Shown piece after piece: positions 12,865 to 24,775 of a DNA stretch of 47,192 bases (within the stretch, counting starts at the first letter, position 1; the number at the start of each line of letters is the position of its first letter). The notes under the pieces were generated by a model. That model saw only the letters and a list, made by a program, of their open reading frames with translations, was not told where the DNA came from and did not search any database. A program made the translations under genes and the position numbers. This stretch comes from Octopus bimaculoides (Eukaryota): NCBI RefSeq assembly GCF_001194135.2, contig NC_068986.1, forward strand, positions 54,891,615 to 54,938,806. The letters are read 5' to 3'.

Positions 12865-12950
12865 AAAGATAAGCACTGGAGTCGATTTGTTCGACTAAAT
12901 CCTTGAAGGCGTTGCCCCAGCTTGGTCGTAGTCTACTGAATGAAACGTAT
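12865..12950 (+). mobile_element. SINE-A 3' tail fragment
   Basis: GGAGTCGATTTGTTCGACTAAA...CCCCAGC matches 13720-13760. Confidence 0.7.
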
Positions 12951-12990
12951 AGAAGATAGATGTGTGTGTGCATGCACATGTATGTTTGTG

Positions 12991-13160
12991 AACACGGGGG
13001 TAGCTGATGAAGGAGAATGTTCTCTATGTGGCTTGTGTGTTTTCTTGTCCACGTTTTGTTTGCAATGTCCTGTACCCAGATATGCACCTATACATACAGG
13101 TGGATGTCGGTATGCACATACCTGTACGTATATATGCATATACTCATTTACTATTTGTTT
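12991..13160 (+). repeat. Family P copy 3 (5'-truncated)
   Basis: Begins just upstream of GGGGGTAGCTGATGAAG (no GAAAC); near-identical to the other two copies through to the (TA)n tail. Confidence 0.85.
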
Positions 13161-13403
13161 ATATATATATATATATNNNNNNNNNNNNNNNNNNNNNNNN
13201 NNNNNNNNNNNNNNNNNNNNNNNNNNNNNNNNNNNNNNNNNNNNNNNNNNNNNNNNNNNNNNNNNNNNNNNNNNNNNNNNNNNNNNNNNNNNNNNNNNNN
13301 NNNNNNNNNNNNNNNNNNNNNNNNNNNNNNNNNNNNNNNNNNNNNNNNNNNNNNNNNNNNNGTGTGTGTGTGTGTGTGCGTGTGTGTGTGTGTTTGTATA
13401 GAT

Positions 13404-13794
13404 AGGAGTGGCTGTGTGGTAAGAAGCTTGCTTCCCAACCACATGGTTCCGGGTTCAGTCCCACTGCGTGGCACCTTGGGCAAGTGTCTTCTACTATAGC
13501 CTCAGGCCGACAAAAGCTTTGTGAGTGGATTTGGTAGACGGAAACTGAAAGAAGCCCGTTGTATATATATATGTTTATATGTATGTTTGTTATTTTATGT
13601 CTGTGTTTGTCCCCCACGCCATCGCTTGACAACCGATGTTGGTGTGTCTACGTCTCCGTCAATTAGCGGTTCGACAAGATAAACCGATATAATAAGTACT
13701 AGGCTTACAAAGAATAAGTCCCGGGGTCGATTTGTTCGACTAAAGTTGCTGCTCCAGCATGACCGCAGTGAAATAACTGAAACAAGTAAAAAGA

Positions 13795-13795
<1 letters not shown>
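13404..13795 (+). mobile_element. Complete SINE-A (tRNA-derived head, CORE-like box, internal TA-rich microsatellite, A-rich tail)
   Basis: A-box-like TGGCTGTGTGG, B-box-like GGTTCAGTCCC, CORE-like ACCTTGGGCAAGTGTCTT. At least six other partial copies occur in the window. Confidence 0.9.
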
Positions 13796-13846
<51 letters not shown>

Positions 13847-14786
13847 NNNNNNNNNNNNNNNNNNNNNNNNNNNNNNNNNNNNNNNNNNNNNNNNNNNNNN
13901 NNNNNNNNNNNNNNNNNNNNNNNNNNNNNNNNNNNNNNNNNNNNNNNNNNNNNNNNNNNNNNNNNNNNNNNNNNNNNNNNNNNNNNNNNNNNNNNNNNNN
14001 NNNNNNNNNNNNNNNNNNNNNNNNNNNNNNNNNNNNNNNNNNNNNNNNNNNNNNNNNNNNNNNNNNNNNNNNNNNNNNNNNNNNNNNNNNNNNNNNNNNN
14101 NNNNNNNNNNNNNNNNNNNNNNNNNNNNNNNNNNNNNNNNNNNNNNNNNNNNNNNNNNNNNNNNNNNNNNNNNNNNNNNNNNNNNNNNNNNNNNNNNNNN
14201 NNNNNNNNNNNNNNNNNNNNNNNNNNNNNNNNNNNNNNNNNNNNNNNNNNNNNNNNNNNNNNNNNNNNNNNNNNNNNNNNNNNNNNNNNNNNNNNNNNNN
14301 NNNNNNNNNNNNNNNNNNNNNNNNNNNNNNNNNNNNNNNNNNNNNNNNNNNNNNNNNNNNNNNNNNNNNNNNNNNNNNNNNNNNNNNNNNNNNNNNNNNN
14401 NNNNNNNNNNNNNNNNNNNNNNNNNNNNNNNNNNNNNNNNNNNNNNNNNNNNNNNNNNNNNNNNNNNNNNNNNNNNNNNNNNNNNNNNNNNNNNNNNNNN
14501 NNNNNNNNNNNNNNNNNNNNNNNNNNNNNNNNNNNNNNNNNNNNNNNNNNNNNNNNNNNNNNNNNNNNNNNNNNNNNNNNNNNNNNNNNNNNNNNNNNNN
14601 NNNNNNNNNNNNNNNNNNNNNNNNNNNNNNNNNNNNNNNNNNNNNNNNNNNNNNNNNNNNNNNNNNNNNNNNNNNNNNNNNNNNNNNNNNNNNNNNNNNN
14701 NNNNNNNNNNNNNNNNNNNNNNNNNNNNNNNNNNNNNNNNNNNNNNNNNNNNNNNNNNNNNNNNNNNNNNNNNNNNNNNNNNNNNN

Positions 14787-14847
<61 letters not shown>

Positions 14848-14849
14848 AA

Positions 14850-15285
14850 AGTTCAGGCCTGGATGTGTGTAAGAAGTTTCCTTCCCAACCACAACCATTC
14901 AAGTTCAGTTCCATGGCGTGGCACCCTGAGCAAGTATCTTCTACAGTAGCTTCCGGCCGACCAAATCATAGTGAGTAGATTTGGTAGACGGAAACTAAAA
15001 GAAGCCCGTTGTGTATATATATGTGTCTATACGTGTGTGTGCATTCATGCATGTGTGTGTGTGTCTTTGCGTCTATGTGTGTTTTGTGTCGGTGTTTGTC
15101 TCCCATCAACATTTGACAACCTGCGTTGGTGTGTTTACATCCCCATAACTTATCGGTTCTTCAAAAGTACCATAATTTCAAAATAAATACTGGGATTGAT
15201 TCGTTCGACTAAAATTCTTGAAGGAGGTGCCTCAGCATAGCAACATTCAAATGGATTGAAACAAATAAAATCTAAAAGATTTAAG
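14850..15285 (+). mobile_element. SINE-A, diverged copy
   Basis: Collinear with 13404-13795. Confidence 0.8.
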
Positions 15286-15399
15286 ATACACACGCGCTCA
15301 CACATTATATGCTGAGGGAAAATGAGGGTGAGTGTGAGTGTTAGTGTATGTATGTGCCCGTGTGAGTGTCTTCTAGATCAGTGCTTCTCAGTGCTTTGA

Positions 15400-16450
15400 G
15401 TAGCACTGTTCTAGATAACTGAGGACAAAACAAGAGTTTTTAATGGAAAATAATATATATTTTCAGAAAATCAGTACACGTGTTCTGTTTAATTTATGAA
15501 AGAAATGTAATTCGATGAAACTACATTCAGCCTGGACGCAACCAGCAAAGCTACTATATATCAGAGTTGGATGACATTTGCGGCCAGGTATTCCTTAGTC
15601 GTGAGGGTTATGTGGGTGGAAGGAGTTCTCATAGAAGAACTGAGGCTTTAAGGTAAGGTCGTCTTTGTTTACGACCCTCAGAGCCACAAGATAGGTGTAC
15701 ATCACCGTTGTAAGATTTGTTGGTGTCCATATAGAGCTTTGTGTTGATCCTTCTGTTCACCTCCTTCTTCAGGTCGAACTGCTGGTTCTTGTTATCGAAG
15801 AATGACAGGTTAATTGCGCTTGTTGAAAAAGCACTTCACCTAGACGACACTATTCTCTAGAATCTTGCTGGAAATCGTAAGACGCAAATCTAATTTTCTC
15901 TTCAACATTGTTCTGACACTGAACTCCGCCTTATTTAGCTGCTCAGTGATAACTCACATCGATTTGCTGGTTTTGTCGTTGAAGACAGCCTAGACTTGCT
16001 GGACAAACTCGGTAGACCTGACGATGTTTGACCTCTTCTATTTTTTGACTACGGCTGACAGGACCTCTCCAGAATGCTTTCGCTGTGCCTACTCATCACA
16101 TTCTCAATGGCAACTTTCGACGTGTTTTTGGTATTGTAGAACCGTCGATTGATCTTTTCGACAACGTGTGGATATCGATATATGAGGATGTACCTCTGAG
16201 TGTACGAATATATCCATGTAGGCGTAGTAATCCGAAAGTTTCAATTCAGGAATCTGAATCCTGTAATCACATTCTAAGAGCTGGCGATCTTCGAGTTGCT
16301 GTGGCTGGAAACTAGAGCCATAAGCATGGCTTTCCTTTTCATTCCTGTTAGATGAAAATTTGCCCTGTTGATACTGTCGATACGTTTGCGCTTGCTGTGT
16401 ATCATTATGTTAGATCGTTATTACCCACTAAACTTGGCGCACCCTGCATA
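15400..16450 (-). mobile_element. Highly decayed Tc1/mariner relic, probably maT (DD37D-like), internally deleted
   Basis: Minus-strand fragments: MKRKAMLMALVSSHSNSKIAS, VRSTEFVQQV*AVF...KSM, EVNRR, VMYT...RVVNKDD...PQFF, and C-terminal ..QAECSFIE. CAGGGTGC terminus at 16439-16446. Boundaries are approximate. Confidence 0.6.
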
Positions 16451-16564
16451 TATACGTTGCCTTCAGTATTGGTTTCTTAATCTATTTATATATATATAGC
16501 TTTTGCATGTCTCTGAAATCTTTATTAGTAGTAGTACCATATTCAGTGTTCTATACTCTTTTCA

Positions 16565-16710
16565 TTACAGAAACTTATGTTTGCGTCGAGATGTATTTTG
16601 ATTGTGTTTTGAGAATGTACCTTCACCTTGTTTGCTGCTTGTGGTTCACTTTCGAAATCAGTGATGACCATCTTCTTCAGTTTTGGATCCATAAATGACT
16701 GAAGACCCTA
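16565..16710 (+). repeat. Short element with TTCGAAA-hairpin...CTGAAGA layout (family Q-like)
   Basis: GAAA at 16654-16657, TCA-GTGA-TGA hairpin at 16658-16667, CTGAAGA at 16699-16705. Family assignment rests on layout only. Confidence 0.35.
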
Positions 16711-17674
16711 ATTCATCTGTTTCTTCGATTGTAGATCCCCCAACGACTGTTTTCCTTTAAGAAGGCTGCAACAGAGAAAGTAGCTGAACTAGTGACCGGG
16801 GATTCGTGTCTGTTGCTGCCTCTTCCACACATACCAAGTGCCTTCACGTGTGAAGAAACCACAGAATTAGCGGTATTTCGTTGTCGCGGATGTGTGACAC
16901 TCGCAGTTGCAATAAACACCTGTGTGCTGTCACTCACATTGAGAGTAGTCACCCGTAAAATCTAAAATCAATGATCCACACTGCAAGAAGAGTTACTTTT
17001 GCAACGAAGCTTTATCACAGCGTAAAAGTACGCATATCCGAGTACCACAATCTTCGTTGAGAAAGATATAGATCCTGTAAGGATGACGACCCAAGATCAC
17101 TGGTACCTCCGCCCAGCAGGTGGAACGGGTGAAAATCCAGTTTGTCGAAAATCGTCCAAGAGTTGAATGTCACACATTATTCTTTTAGAGTGTTTTCTAG
17201 CCTTTGTCATCACCGATGGACCCACTAAGTGGCTAGTTAGAGCAGATTAGTTACCTCCATTGTGTCTAAGGAGCACTGTTTAACTTCTTTCTTAGACAGG
17301 AGTTCTGACAAGAACGAAGGTTCCAGCACTACTAAAGTTACTTTACAGAGAGAGCTCTCACTCACCATTTCAAGTATTTCAATGTCTTCATTAGGACACT
17401 GAAACGCTAAAAATTATTAAATAATATAAAAAATACTAAATACTAATAGAAAATTCATTTTTTAAAGCATATAATGAAAGATAATACTGAAATATTAAAA
17501 CAAAAAGAGAGAGTTACTTATGGACATTTCTTCATTCTTGAGAATATTCTCATTTCTTAATGAAAGTCGACCACAATACCCTCAAGGAGTTTCTACATTT
17601 ATTTTCTCGAAGCGAAGAAAATTTTAATAAGTCAAGAAATTATGTTATAAGATAGCATTTAGTATAAATACATA

Positions 17675-17675
17675 T

Positions 17676-17752
<77 letters not shown>

Positions 17753-17830
17753 AAGAAAAAGATATAAACATGTATATATTAGTGTGCATGCGTATACATA
17801 TACATATATATGCGTGTACACATGTACGAA

Positions 17831-17875
<45 letters not shown>

Positions 17876-18509
17876 ACTCACACACACGCTAATTCATAAA
17901 ATAAGTAATCTTGAATAATCTTTTCACTTCTATACACACTAAAGAATATATACATAAATAAATTTATATATATGTTTGTGTGTGTGTGAGTGTGTGTGCT
18001 CGCGCGTGTAGGCACATGTATGCCGGTATATATGTGTGCAATATATATACATATATATATGGGTATGTATGTATTCATATATGTATGCATACATTAATAC
18101 GTGTAAATATATGTCAGGTCGTGTACACATTCCTTCCTGTAATCCATATCAAATAAATGAATATCAGCCATAATTAAGTACGTAATGTCCAAACGGAAAA
18201 TGATATCAGTTTCGTTAATTGTGTTACTTTCGATATATAGCATCTAAAACGGAACGGATCTTTCTTATTATGAGCGCGCACATGTGAGCCTATACGCATA
18301 TACACGGATACATATGCACACACACACATACACACACACATACTCACACACATGTACGCATATATGTATCCACACACATATATATATATACACATATATA
18401 TATATATATATACGCATCTATGTATCCACACACATATATATACACATATATGTATCCACACATATATATACACACACACAAACATACATATATAGTTATA
18501 TTATATATG

Positions 18510-18596
<87 letters not shown>

Positions 18597-18860
18597 ATAT
18601 ACATATATATATACACGTATGTATATATGTGTGTTAACCATTGCCATTATATATATATATACATATATATGTGTATGTATGTATGTATGTTTGCATGTAT
18701 GTGAGTGTGTTTATATGTGCTATCGTGTGATTTATATTTGTATCTGTTTGAAGTCGTATATTCACTTATACACGCGTGTGTATGAGATTATATGTTCGCA
18801 TGCACATATGTGTGTGTGTATGTTTATGTGTATATTTGTGTGCGGTTTGCTATATATGCG
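17675..18860. repeat. (GATA)n, (CA)n and (TA)n microsatellite field
   Basis: Directly visible. Confidence 0.9.
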
Positions 18861-19837
18861 TACGCTTGTATTGCATGCGTATATCTTACACATTTCTCAA
18901 CACATCTACTCTTCAAGCCTTGTTAATCTTAAGGACTTTAGCAGTGATTACGCATCACATTTGTTCCTTCTCCTTCTTCGTAATCTTATTTCTTTCTTCC
19001 GTTTTCTTCATGTCAGTTAACCATTTTTCTCTGAATCAGCTTTTCGTAACATTTTCATCAATCACTTCTCTCTTTTTCGTTCTCCTAAATTATCTCTCAT
19101 AAAACAGACTAAAAGCCTTCTTCCTTCAAGCGTTAGTCACTTAAGCTGTGAAATCTACTATATATTCAGCTTGTTTGCCCTTTTTAATACATCTCGTCTT
19201 TTTCGGTTTAGCTTTGTATTTTTCTTTTCTTTTTTTTATTTCTTTTTCTATCCCTCTCTTGCTCTTCCCTTTCATATCAGAAATATGTATTGTAACTTTT
19301 ACTTTTACTTTCACTTTCAAAGCTAGACCACATTCTTTCTCTACATTATATGTCGTCACTCTCTTCAATTACCCGTTCTTTGCGCACGGTTTCCTTTTCT
19401 CCTCTTCTTTTACTGTTGATGTCATTTTTTTTTTGTTTCTTTCTTTCTCGCTTTCTTTTTCCTCTTTTTTTTTTATTCCTTATTTCACCACTTACTTTTT
19501 CGGCCCAATTCCTCTTTGACCTTTTGTAATAGGTCACCGAGGCGTGTCACCTTGTTGTAAACATCTCAGCTAAACAAACTGCCCGTTAACTGTGTTGGAA
19601 ATGTTTTCACGGCACGAAGATCAATAACATGTCTTGACTGACTGGACTTCTAAGTGGTCTTGCTTGAGACGCTACGAGGAAACGAAAAACTAGATGATGT
19701 GTGTTCCTTCCTTAGATCCTCTTACCTATAAATCTCTGTACTGTTGTAAACATCTTTGCACTTGGGGGAGATAACCTAGAATAGAAAATAAAAGCAAATA
19801 TATACGGATACATATGTAACTACATACATATAGTGTA

Positions 19838-19896
<59 letters not shown>

Positions 19897-20205
19897 GGAC
19901 ATCTATGAATGTGTGTATATATGTTTGTGTGTGTGTATGTAAAGTAATGTAAGTATGTATGTATGTATGTATATATGTATGTATGTATGTATGTGTATAT
20001 ACATTGATGGAGGGTGTGCATTTGGACATGAGAGAATGAGAGAAAGAGGGAGAGAGATTGAGCAAAATTTAGTGAAAATACCAGCATAAATGTATACAAT
20101 CACGCATATGTACATATCTATAAATATCTATATGTATATATACACATATATTACATATACATATATATATATATACATAATTATATATATATATATATAT
20201 ATATG

Positions 20206-20248
<43 letters not shown>

Positions 20249-21172
20249 NNNNNNNNNNNNNNNNNNNNNNNNNNNNNNNNNNNNNNNNNNNNNNNNNNNN
20301 NNNNNNNNNNNNNNNNNNNNNNNNNNNNNNNNNNNNNNNNNNNNNNNNNNNNNNNNNNNNNNNNNNNNNNNNNNNNNNNNNNNNNNNNNNNNNNNNNNNN
20401 NNNNNNNNNNNNNNNNNNNNNNNNNNNNNNNNNNNNNNNNNNNNNNNNNNNNNNNNNNNNNNNNNNNNNNNNNNNNNNNNNNNNNNNNNNNNNNNNNNNN
20501 NNNNNNNNNNNNNNNNNNNNNNNNNNNNNNNNNNNNNNNNNNNNNNNNNNNNNNNNNNNNNNNNNNNNNNNNNNNNNNNNNNNNNNNNNNNNNNNNNNNN
20601 NNNNNNNNNNNNNNNNNNNNNNNNNNNNNNNNNNNNNNNNNNNNNNNNNNNNNNNNNNNNNNNNNNNNNNNNNNNNNNNNNNNNNNNNNNNNNNNNNNNN
20701 NNNNNNNNNNNNNNNNNNNNNNNNNNNNNNNNNNNNNNNNNNNNNNNNNNNNNNNNNNNNNNNATATATATATATACTTGCTTGCATACATAGACAGAGC
20801 ATCAGCCCAAAAGCCCAGTAGACTGACAGACAGGCAGACAGCAGGGACTGAGAGATGTAGGAAACTCGGTCTTGTAATGAGGTAAAAGAATCAAGTAGCA
20901 GAACAAATGAAATAGATTGATGCCCAAAACGGCCGGTAATTGAAGTAAAAATCTTCTGTGCATTGATGCCGAATGATATTTAGTGTTTGGACAGAGGGGA
21001 TATAACGTTTCTCGGCTTTGTCACAAAATATACAAACAGTCACACACATGTGTATATATATTCATATATAGATGTAGATATACCTTTACACGTATATATA
21101 TATATACTCATGTAAACCTATGTATATATGTTTAAATATATACATACATGCACACACGTATCTATATGTATG

Positions 21173-21233
<61 letters not shown>

Positions 21234-21835
21234 NNNNNNNNNNNNNNNNNNNNNNNNNNNNNNNNNNNNNNNNNNNNNNNNNNNNNNNNNNNNNNNNNNN
21301 NNNNNNNNNNNNNNNNNNNNNNNNNNNNNNNNNNNNNNNNNNNNNNNNNNNNNNNNNNNNNNNNNNNNNNNNNNNNNNNNNNNNNNNNNNNNNNNNNNNN
21401 NNNNNNNNNNNNNNNNNNNNNNNNNNNNNNNNNNNNNNNNNNNNNNNNNNNNNNNNNNNNNNNNNNNNNNNNNNNNNNNNNNNNNNNNNNNNNNNNNNNN
21501 NNNNNNNNNNNNNNNNNNNNNNNNNNNNNNNNNNNNNNNNNNNNNNNNNNNNNNNNNNNNNNNNNNNNNNNNNNNNNNNNNNNNNNNNNNNNNNNNNNNN
21601 NNNNNNNNNNNNNNNNNNNNNNNNNNNNNNNNNNNNNNNNNNNNNNNNNNNNNNNNNNNNNNNNNNNNNNNNNNNNNNNNNNNNNNNNNNNNNNNNNNNN
21701 NNNNNNNNNNNNNNNNNNNNNNNNNNNNNNNNNNNNNNNNNNNNNNNNNNNNNNNNNNNNTATATATATATATATTTACATATATATAATTATATATATA
21801 TATGTATGTATGTGTGTATGTATGTGTGTATGCAT

Positions 21836-21871
<36 letters not shown>

Positions 21872-21959
21872 ATGTGTGTATTCACTCATACTGTTATATA
21901 TAGATACACACAGATACACATCCAACAATACAGTCACACACGCACGCACATACACATGT

Positions 21960-22002
21960 ATGAAGCGAGAGTGCAGGAGGTAGAAAAAGATCGATGGACG
22001 GG

Positions 22003-22055
<53 letters not shown>

Positions 22056-22058
22056 TGA

Positions 22059-22102
<44 letters not shown>

Positions 22103-22105
22103 AGT
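21960..22105. repeat. (GA)n/(GAGAAA)n microsatellite
   Basis: Directly visible. Confidence 0.9.
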
Positions 22106-23003
22106 AGAGAGATTTTGTATGTGTGTCTGTGTGAAAAAGGTAGAATGCGAAAGATAAATACATACATCTCTCCAATGAACCGATATTCTAACAGTTCACT
22201 GCTTTGTCGCATAACACAAACATACACACAATACATTATGAATATATATGTACACAAGTATGTATATAAGCACATCTGTGTCTGTGCATGTATGCGTATG
22301 TACGTATGTGTGTGTGTGTGTACGTGTGAAGCTATATAGATATATGATATGCGTATGTTCTATTATAGTGTCACGTTAGCGGCAAAGTGTTAAGCGTCTT
22401 ATATATTGGCGTTAAAGCGTTAAAGGGTAACTTTTGTTCAATGATAAGTTGACCTTAAATGTGTTGTTTGCCATGCAGTGTGGTAGGTAGATTTGTAAAT
22501 GCTGAAGAGTCATACGCAGGAAATACACCAGGGGAAATACTATAAGTAACGCTATATAGTTTCTTTGATGCTTTTTCAGGTTACTTAATGATTATCATGT
22601 AGTGGGATTGCTGATGGTGGAGTGTGTTCATTGTTGTAGAGGAATGTCACTGAATCACATTGAATCACAGTGAATTATAGCGGATCATTTCCGTTAAAGA
22701 TCGTCCAGACATGACGGTCGACTGCTGGAGGTATTGACTTGTCTACACGTTGTGTTGGTAGGGTGGTAGGGTGGTAGAGAGTCAGGGAGGGGTGGCATGC
22801 AATTTCACGTTCAAACTTGTCATTACAGGTATCCACGTTGATTTCGTGGAATAGATAGTCGCTTTTCTCTCTGTCTCCATCCATTCTCTCTCTCTCCTCG
22901 TTCTCTCTTTCTCCCTTCTCTTTCTTCTCTCTCTATCTCTCTTTCTTGTGTATATGTGTGTATGGAGATAGATATAGTTATGTGTGTATGGAGATAGATA
23001 ATG

Positions 23004-23074
<71 letters not shown>

Positions 23075-23075
<1 letters not shown>

Positions 23076-23282
23076 TCCTACTGCCCATATCCTACGTAAA
23101 ATACTGTCTATGTGATCTCAAATTTTAAAGCAAACACATAATTTTCTTATGGTTTCTTAAACATTCACTAGAACAAAACACCTACATGAACTTCTAACTT
23201 GTTGTCTCTTGAGGTCTCTGGGTGAGACTTGGATCCAACTTGTACAAATACAAAACAAAAGTCAAACATAAAAAAAAAAAAA
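23075..23282 (+). mobile_element. 3' end of an R4/Dong-type (RLE) non-LTR retrotransposon inserted in (TAA)n
   Basis: 23080-23115 encodes TAHILRKILSM*, resembling the conserved R4/Dong/Rex6 C-terminus (GTAxILRKxL). It is followed by a 3' UTR and an A-run, and directly preceded by (AAT)n at about 23000-23074. Confidence 0.6.
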
Positions 23283-23346
23283 NNNNNNNNNNNNNNNNNN
23301 NNNNNNNNNNNNNNNNNNNNNNNNNNNNNNNNNNNNNNNNNNNNNN

Positions 23347-23549
23347 ATATATATATATGGGAGTATATACAAATAATAACAACAGACGAGGACAGGTGGT
23401 GTAAATAACAAAAGTATATATTAGTATGACGCTCGGGAATACGGAAAGTCTTTGACGTTTCGAGCTACGCTCTTCAACAGAAAGAATACGGAGACAAGGA
23501 GAAAAACACGGAGAAAAAAAATTGAATAGTGTTCAGTCAACGGTCAATC

Positions 23550-23555
<6 letters not shown>
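23347..23555 (-). mobile_element. Short non-autonomous element flanked by (TA)n, carrying a minimal type-I HHR (Penelope-like/retrozyme-like)
   Basis: Contains the HHR at 23449-23485. Pyrimidine-rich leader and GU-rich tail in RNA sense. Shares GAGCGTC downstream of the HHR with the 34346 element. Confidence 0.65.
23449..23485 (-). ncRNA. Minimal type-I hammerhead ribozyme motif (A6 changed to U)
   Basis: RNA: UCUUU CUGUUGA A GAGC-GUA-GCUC GAAAC GUC AAAGA. Stem I 5 bp, stem II 4 bp, palindromic stem III ACGU, GUC triplet. Confidence 0.75.
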
Positions 23556-23588
<33 letters not shown>

Positions 23589-23690
23589 GTGTGTGTGTGT
23601 ATGTATAATCACGTACATATGTATATTACATACATATATATATATATATGTGCGTATGTATGTGTACGTATACATATACACATAGGAGAG

Positions 23691-23754
<64 letters not shown>

Positions 23755-24015
23755 GCGGGCGGTGAGAGAAAGAGAGTGAGGGAGAGAGGAGAAGATTTAT
23801 AAATTAAATGTCTTGGAGTTTGCTTCGCTCTTTTTTAACATTTTGGCGGGCGAGATGGTGTAATTGCATAAAACCTTTTGTGCTACTGATCGATGACGTA
23901 TAAGATCGAATCGGCTGCTAATGTATTCCATGTCATAAAACCAGAGTTAATATTTGTTTTCAAAGAAAGCCTGCAACCTAGAAAATGTGTATATATGTGT
24001 ATGTATGTATATATA

Positions 24016-24775
24016 CAGGGATTGGACAAAATAATGGAAACACCTTAAAATTTCAAACAAATTTATTTTAATATGAGGTAGGAGCGCCTTTGAACAGTAA
24101 TTACAGCTTGAATTCTATGAAGTATGGACTCGTACAAAGTTTGAATTGCTTCCAAACGAATTTTGTCCATCCTTCATCTAAAACAGTCTCCAGTTCTTGT
24201 AGTGATGACGGTGGAGGATATCGACTCCCTGCTTGTTTTTCTAAAATGCACCATAAATGTCCAATAATATTGAGATCTGGGAACTGTGGTGGCCAGATAA
24301 GATGTTCAACTTCACTAGAATGTTCCTCGTGCCATTCAGTAACAACTTTAGCTATGTGAATTGGTGTATTATCATCCTGAAATATTGCGTTTCCCTCTGG
24401 AAACAGTTTCGCAACCATAGGATGGATTTGATCAGATAAAATGCTTAAATAGTCTTCACTATTAATCCTGCCATGAAGGGAAACCATTGGATCGGCGGAT
24501 TTCCATGATATAGCCTCCCCAGATCATCACAGATCTTTCTCCAAGTTTAAAAGTTGGAAGAAGGCAGTCTGGGTCAAATGCTTCTTTTGGCTGTCTCCAC
24601 GCGTATACTCGGCCAGTGGTTAGAAATAAGGTAAAGAATGATTCGTTCGAGAAAATAACAATCTTCCACTGCTCTAGGGATCAATTCTATAGATTTTTAC
24701 TCCACTCTCAACACTTTGCAACGTTTGTTTTTGAAAGGAGTGGTTTTTCTGATTGCAGCCCTCCTGTGAAATCCG
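24016..24775 (-). mobile_element. Tc1-like transposon, 3' half; the remainder runs into a gap
   Basis: TA|CAGGGATTGGACAAAATAATGGAAACACC terminus. Translation: VIFSNES...GRVYAWRQPKE...FQDDNTPIH...WPPQFPDLNIIGHLW. First D changed to N and E changed to G; 36 residues between D2 and the E position. Confidence 0.9.

Noticed and set aside
16713-17400. GC-richer block open for about 75-80 codons on both strands with plausible acceptors
   Set aside because: No recognisable protein. From memory it resembles a dispersed octopus repeat, probably LINE-derived, so it was not called as an exon.
19533-19780. Strong polypyrimidine tract plus TAG|G, and a 14-bp direct repeat containing GTAAACA (19553-19566, 19742-19755)
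   Set aside because: All three frames stop within 60 nt and there is no good donor. Two forkhead-like words are insufficient evidence of an enhancer.
22580-22730. Possible plus-strand exon (TTTTTCAG|...GAG|GTATTG)
   Set aside because: Stops in all frames from the acceptor and a weak donor. It cannot be distinguished from chance without RNA data.
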